Below are positions 27,380 to 32,000 of a DNA stretch of 32,000 nt, in pieces. This DNA comes from Candidatus Saccharimonadota bacterium. Its GTDB lineage: Bacteria; Patescibacteriota; Saccharimonadia; Saccharimonadales; UBA4665. Location: the NCBI GenBank assembly GCA_002952755.1, contig CP025011.1, forward strand, positions 990,001-1,022,000. The letters are read 5' to 3'. Each line of letters begins with the position of its first letter. Position 1 is the first letter of the stretch. Both the position numbers and the translations under genes were made by a program. Under the pieces are notes generated by a model. That model had not been told where the DNA came from, made no database searches, and was given only the letters and a program-made list of their open reading frames with translations.

Positions 27380-28837
27380 ATGCCGAACTTCGTTACTCCT
27401 GAAGACTACATACTTGGTGCGCCTGAGCGGATTACCGGTACTGAGACGGAATGTGACATTCAGACCCCGCCGGATGGTTGGTTAAACGAGATATCGTTGC
27501 TATACGCCAGCACACTAGACAGAGCAGGCTTAAGATCCACCTACTATAAACAAGGCGGTACTATTTGGCTCTCGAATGGAGGCAGCCTACATCCGGACCG
27601 CGCTAATATCGTCGAATATTCGTCGTTTGAGTCCATCTCGCGAAGGGTAGCTGCCGCGGGTAACTTAGGAAGTATGCGCTTGGTAGGCAGATTGTGCGAA
27701 GCTCAGGGCAACGCCGAACTCTACCAACATTCGGGCACGATGATCGACGACCGCATCAGCACTCTTGGAAATCAACACAGCTCAATGACGCCCCTGTTGG
27801 CGGCGACCGAAGGACTTGCCGGCGTAATAGATGCCGATCAAGCGACTCGCGTGTGGGCGTGGGCCGGCATGGTTGGACTAAGTGGTTATGAACTCTCTCA
27901 AAAGGCTAGGGGTATCGGCACCCCGACCCTGTATGCGACTCCAAACCGTACTCAAGAGGGTAGTAAACCCATGGGATGGATACGCCTTAACGACAAAGAC
28001 GTCTTTACAGAACATGGCGCATGGGCCCGATCCGAGCGCAGGACACAAGATATAGGTTTTTCGCGGTGGGCGGCGTATATGAATGAAGTTACGAACTCAT
28101 TAGTGCACCGTTTTAGCGAACATAGCCGTGTATTTAATAAAAAAGACCACCCTTTTAAGACGCTCCCGTTCGTAGACCCAGTAGATGTGCTTCATAGCGT
28201 CAGCCAGGACCTCACTCTCAGCCAGGCTTATGTTACGAAAGAAGGCAAAACCCGGACGGCCATCGATACCCAACGCCTCATTGCCAAGTATGGTCACTAT
28301 CTCCGCGAAAGAGTTGAGCTGCCACAAGAAGAATTTGATGGTGTGGACATGCTAGACGATATATGCGATCGGCTAGATCGGGTGGATATGCCGAATGGCG
28401 ACGTCAATTCTATCCTTTACCATGTAGACTTCGCGCCTCGCTTCAAATATCTCCTAAAACATTTTGGCGATATAAAGAGATTGCACAGCAGGAACCATGA
28501 TGCGGTCGCGCGCAGTCTATTATGGGATCGCGCTTATCCATCCGGACCGGGTCTCAGATTCTGGGATACGCGTTACGCCCGCGGCGAGGCGCCAGACCCG
28601 ATTGGGGATGCACTTATTGACTACCATACGACACATCCCGATCCGAAAACCCGTTCAGCCATCCGGGGAGCTATAGCGGCAAACCCTATTACGCGCTGGC
28701 ATATTAAAGAAATGTCCTGGCCTAGTATTTCGTTTAGCGGGGTTAAATCCGGACCGGATAAGGTAGACTTGCGCCCTGATCAATATGATATTCATTCTGT
28801 GGACATGAGACTTGTCAGACAGGCGTTCAAATTCTAG
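27380..28837 (+). CDS. Divergent Pup-ligase/deamidase (PafA/Dop, PF03136-like) family protein
   Basis: Hand alignment to Mycobacterium PafA: [9 protein letters not shown] vs [30 protein letters not shown] vs [31 protein letters not shown] vs [20 protein letters not shown] vs TRARLRGEFISA. Length (485 aa) is similar to PafA/Dop (about 450-500 aa). Confidence 0.6.
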   Translation: [485 protein letters not shown]

Positions 28838-28905
28838 TAGGAGCTGCACGTCGTTGATTTTTTTCACATGTACTTTTTAGCGAAGTATCTATACTCTACC
28901 TAGTA

Positions 28906-29439
28906 ATGACGAATACACCCATCCTGTATCTCCTCGTTGGCTATCCCGGTTCCGGCAAGACCACTACGTCAAAATTTATCCATGAGCTCACAGGGGCAGT
29001 TCATTTGTGGGCCGACCACGAACGGAGTAGGCGCTTCGAGCATCCTACACATGATCACCAAGAGAATATTGATCTGTATGGCGCGCTTAATCGTGAAACG
29101 CGTGATCTATTGCGCGCCGGCAAGAGTGTTATTTTCGATACTAATTTTAATTTTTACAAAGACCGTAAGAAGCTCCGCGTGCTCGCCGCCAAGGAAGGGG
29201 CGCAATCACTGGTCATTTGGGTACAAGCCCCCCTCGAATTGGCCCGCAAACGTGCAACCGAGCATTCCGATAATCAGGAAACACGCATATGGGGCAATAT
29301 GCCGCTGGAACGCTTCGAGCGGATCAGCAGCAATCTCCAACCACCCAAGGAGAGCGAACAGCCGATCATACTCGACGGTCAGAGCCTTACGCGCGAGATC
29401 GTTGCCAACGCACTCGCAGATGCCACCTCACGTCCGTAG
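28906..29439 (+). CDS. P-loop ATP-binding protein, AAA_33/zeta-toxin-like predicted kinase
   Basis: 177 aa with Walker A at the N terminus (LLVGYPGSGKTTT) and a Walker B-like VIFDTNF. Size and layout fit small nucleotide/polynucleotide-type kinases. Confidence 0.7.
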   Translation: MTNTPILYLLVGYPGSGKTTTSKFIHELTGAVHLWADHERSRRFEHPTHDHQENIDLYGALNRETRDLLRAGKSVIFDTNFNFYKDRKKLRVLAAKEGAQSLVIWVQAPLELARKRATEHSDNQETRIWGNMPLERFERISSNLQPPKESEQPIILDGQSLTREIVANALADATSRP

Positions 29440-29441
29440 AT

Positions 29442-30017
29442 ATGAGCAGAAAACGAAACACACAAACCGCCTCAGCCATTGTCGCATTCCTCACGCTAGG
29501 AGTCTTTTTTGCTCAGCAGCAGGGATGGCTGCATACAGTCTCGCAAACCGCTGAAAAAGCACAACCAGGTCTTTACAGTGTCGACCACTTTATAGATGGC
29601 GACACTATTGCGGTAAAAATGGGCGATAAAATCGAATCGGTTCGCTTGATTGGCGTCGACACCCCGGAAACGCACAAGCCTAATACGCCGGTGCAATGCT
29701 ACGGACCTGCCGCTGCCAGTTACACTAAAAATATCATCGGTAACAACCATGTCCGGCTAGCTACCGATTCTAAAAGTACGAACCGCGATCGCTACAATCG
29801 CCTGCTTCGGTATGTCTATCTACCGGATGGCACGATGGTAGAATCGCAACTCATCAAAAACGGCTATGGCTTTGCCTACACCGCCTTCCCAATTACCAAG
29901 TCTGACGAATTTGTCGCCGATCAGCAGCAGGCCAAAGCCGCCCACAAAGGCTTATGGGGCAACTGCCAGCCATATCAAGAAACGAATGGCCGCTGGCAAA
30001 CCGAAGATGCCAGCTAA
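29442..30017 (+). CDS. Membrane-anchored/secreted thermonuclease (staphylococcal nuclease, SNase family)
   Basis: The ATG at 29442 lies 2 nt after the kinase stop. There is an N-terminal anchor (ASAIVAFLTLGVFFA). SNase motifs are DGDTI...VRLIGVDTPETHKP...DRYNRLLRYVYL...LIKNGYGFAY. Confidence 0.85.
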   Translation: MSRKRNTQTASAIVAFLTLGVFFAQQQGWLHTVSQTAEKAQPGLYSVDHFIDGDTIAVKMGDKIESVRLIGVDTPETHKPNTPVQCYGPAAASYTKNIIGNNHVRLATDSKSTNRDRYNRLLRYVYLPDGTMVESQLIKNGYGFAYTAFPITKSDEFVADQQQAKAAHKGLWGNCQPYQETNGRWQTEDAS

Positions 30018-30022
30018 TAAAT

Positions 30023-30889
30023 CTAGATGAGGTCTGACACGGGGCTCACCCGCGGACGGGCGTTAGACCGCCACATATACAGCAACGAAAAACGCTTCCG
30101 GGACGGATCATAGCCCCTATAAAGCATTCTGATAGGCAAGTAGCAAATGACCAAAAAAACGACCATAGGATACATATAACGTTGCGTGGTCATGCCATGT
30201 GCGGTGTAGGTTTGTGGGCAAGATCGCACATACTTATAAAATTCACGTGGGCCCGAGGCAGCTTGGCGAGGGGAGATAGTCGCTTGCATGCTCGGCACAA
30301 ACAGCACCCTGTATTTTTGGTGGGCCATATGGACAGCTAGATCTAAATCTTCAGCAAAACGACGCTCATGGCACAGCTTACTACGGACCGACCGCCATGT
30401 GCTACGTTTGATGCCCATGGTCGCGCCATATAAAAAAAGTTCGTTTGCCTTAATCATGCGTCTGGCCAGAAAAGAGCGGTACCACGTGTCGATACTGTCA
30501 AAGACGCGCTTAAGACCAATATCACGATAATCGACGCTACCACTGGCTGCATCGATAGTGGGATCGGCAAAAGCTTGCTGCAAAGAGGCTACCCAATTAG
30601 ACGCTAAGATTGTATCACCATCGGTGCGGCCGATAATATCGCCGCGCGCTGCGTTAAAGCCACAGTCACGGGCATAGACAACGCCTTGGCGCGGTTCATA
30701 CAGGAGAGTCACAAAGGGATATCGCCGGGCTACAGCCACTGTACCATCAGTAGAATTATTGTCTACCACTATCACCTCAAATGGCTGGACGGTCTGCCTG
30801 GCAATGGCGTCTAGGCACAAGGCCAAATGGCTTTCTTCGTTGTACACTGGTATAACTAAACTAACGCGCAAGCGGGATGTTGTATTCAT
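30023..30889 (-). CDS. Family-2 glycosyltransferase (non-processive type, C-terminal TM)
   Basis: VSLVIPVYNEESHL...VIVVDNNSTDGT...RTDGDT is the classical GT2 N-terminal Rossmann/DxD pattern. ATG at 30889 is preferred over the track's TTG at 30916. The SD-like GAGGTG and a TATAAT (30907-30902) lie upstream. Confidence 0.8.
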   Translation of the reverse strand: MNTTSRLRVSLVIPVYNEESHLALCLDAIARQTVQPFEVIVVDNNSTDGTVAVARRYPFVTLLYEPRQGVVYARDCGFNAARGDIIGRTDGDTILASNWVASLQQAFADPTIDAASGSVDYRDIGLKRVFDSIDTWYRSFLARRMIKANELFLYGATMGIKRSTWRSVRSKLCHERRFAEDLDLAVHMAHQKYRVLFVPSMQATISPRQAASGPREFYKYVRSCPQTYTAHGMTTQRYMYPMVVFLVICYLPIRMLYRGYDPSRKRFSLLYMWRSNARPRVSPVSDLI

Positions 30890-31982
30890 GAAACACCTCA
30901 GATTATACACTGCCAAACTGGCTATGGCCGTAAGAAAACTACCGAGCCACTTAGCCCGTTACTGGCGTAAAAACTGGTGGCACAAGCTGGTGTCGGTCTT
31001 TATCCTTCTCATTATGCTGTCCGTTGGGACCCTCTATGGCATCGCCCAGTGGTATATCCATACCGAAAGTAGCAAGCCCTTCAAGCTCGGCGTATCATTC
31101 ATTCCTGCCTACGCCGAAAGCTTAGGTCTCAATGCCCAGCAGACCATGGACGCGCTTATCAATAGTGCAGGGGTGCGTCAGTTCCGTTTGGTGAGCTATT
31201 GGGATCAGCTGGAGCCGAGCAAAGGCCAGTACGACTTCAGCTTGCTCGATTGGCAATTTCAAAAAGCCGAAGCAGCTCACGCCAAAATAACGCTCAGCCT
31301 GGGTTTGCGCCAACCACGCTGGCCAGAATGCCACATGCCTTCTTGGGCGGTGGGCGAGAACGACAATGAATGGCAACCGCAGCTAAAAACCTTCATGTCC
31401 GCTGTGGTTAATCGCTACAAAAACTCACCCAGCTTAGAGAGCTACCAGGTAGAAAATGAGTATTTCCTACAAGGCTTTGGTGGGTGTACTAATTTTGATC
31501 GCAACCGGCTGATAAACGAATATAATATGGTTAAAAAGCTCGATCCAGTACATCCCGCAATTGTTGCCCGCAGCAATAATGCCCTGGGTATCCCGCTTGG
31601 CCAGCCGCAGCCAGATGAATTCGGCATCTCGATTTATAAACGAGTATGGGACGCTGGCGTTACGCATCGCTATCTCGAGTATCCATTCCCGGCTTGGTTC
31701 TATGCATCCTTGGCCGGCATTCAGAAAATCGTCACTGGCAAGGATATGATTGTGCACGAACTCCAGGCCGAAGCCTGGCCGCCCCATGGTCAAAACATCA
31801 CTCAAACCAGCCTGACGGAACAAAATAAATCGTTTAACGCAGAACGTTTTACTAACCGCGTCCAGTTCGGCAAAGCCACCGGCATGCGCGAGGTCTATTT
31901 GTGGGGCGCGGAATATTGGTACTATCGCCAGGTTGTCCTGGGCGACCCTTCGCTGATGAACGTGGCAAAACAATTATTTTAG
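30888..31982 (+). CDS. Membrane-anchored clan GH-A glycoside hydrolase (GH5/GH42-like TIM barrel)
   Basis: TM anchor (LVSVFILLIMLSVGTLYGIAQW). Motifs are YWDQLEPSKGQYDFSLLDWQF, YQVENEYF (acid/base NE) and HELQAEAWP (candidate nucleophile). ATG is at 30888, with an alternative at 30924. The track ORF start at 30759 lies inside the opposing GT2 gene. Confidence 0.65.
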   Translation: MKHLRLYTAKLAMAVRKLPSHLARYWRKNWWHKLVSVFILLIMLSVGTLYGIAQWYIHTESSKPFKLGVSFIPAYAESLGLNAQQTMDALINSAGVRQFRLVSYWDQLEPSKGQYDFSLLDWQFQKAEAAHAKITLSLGLRQPRWPECHMPSWAVGENDNEWQPQLKTFMSAVVNRYKNSPSLESYQVENEYFLQGFGGCTNFDRNRLINEYNMVKKLDPVHPAIVARSNNALGIPLGQPQPDEFGISIYKRVWDAGVTHRYLEYPFPAWFYASLAGIQKIVTGKDMIVHELQAEAWPPHGQNITQTSLTEQNKSFNAERFTNRVQFGKATGMREVYLWGAEYWYYRQVVLGDPSLMNVAKQLF

Positions 31983-32000
31983 TCACAAATAGCTACTATG

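Noticed and set aside
26198-28905. Search for a Pup/UBact-like small ORF (C-terminal GGQ/GGE) next to the Pup-ligase-like gene
   Set aside because: The intergenic gaps (60, 11, 46 and 68 nt) are too short, and no small ORF with such an ending was seen by eye. An exhaustive six-frame scan of small ORFs is still needed.
29289-29441. Upstream extension of the nuclease ORF
   Set aside because: It is an out-of-frame read-through of the kinase gene. ATG 29442 begins the signal-anchor and lies 2 nt after the kinase stop.
28937-29554. 205-aa plus-strand ORF overlapping the kinase and the nuclease start
   Set aside because: It is an alternative frame of two genes with clear family motifs (Walker A kinase, SNase). 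The translation is R/S/P-rich and has no motif.

Overview
Gene-dense (about 90% coding) bacterial chromosomal window using the standard genetic code, since TGA, TAG and TAA all terminate recognisable genes. I found about 29 protein-coding genes and no rRNA, tRNA, CRISPR array, transposase or integrase. Order of content: a partial NDH-2-like flavoprotein; a 1112-aa UvrD-type helicase fused to a RecB-like nuclease; a membrane-anchored clan GH-A glycosidase next to a three-gene ATGA-coupled module built around a processive GT2 synthase (QxxRW); an aquaporin; and a secreted FN3/Ig-like surface protein with an internally duplicated domain. Next is an AT-rich dabA-dabB (DUF2309 plus NuoL-like) inorganic-carbon pump island joined to tsaC. 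A complete F1Fo ATP synthase operon follows (atpZ/I-like, B, E, F, H, A, G, D, C), with an extra 110-aa ORF exactly between atpA and atpG and a short delta subunit. The window ends with a plus-strand run of a glutaredoxin-like protein, a hypothetical, a CobO/BtuR-like adenosyltransferase, a divergent orphan Pup-ligase/Dop-family protein, a P-loop kinase and a secreted thermonuclease, followed by a head-to-head GT2/GH pair whose start codons overlap. Across the window, many operon-leading genes have a -10-like hexamer 6-8 nt upstream of the ATG and no Shine-Dalgarno, which suggests leaderless mRNAs, whereas internal genes carry SD sequences or are coupled. The compactness and gene content resemble a small-genome Patescibacteria/Saccharibacteria-like or actinobacteria-associated organism, but lineage cannot be established from this window. 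All calls rest on reading the sequence and ORF translations by eye; no database search was run.
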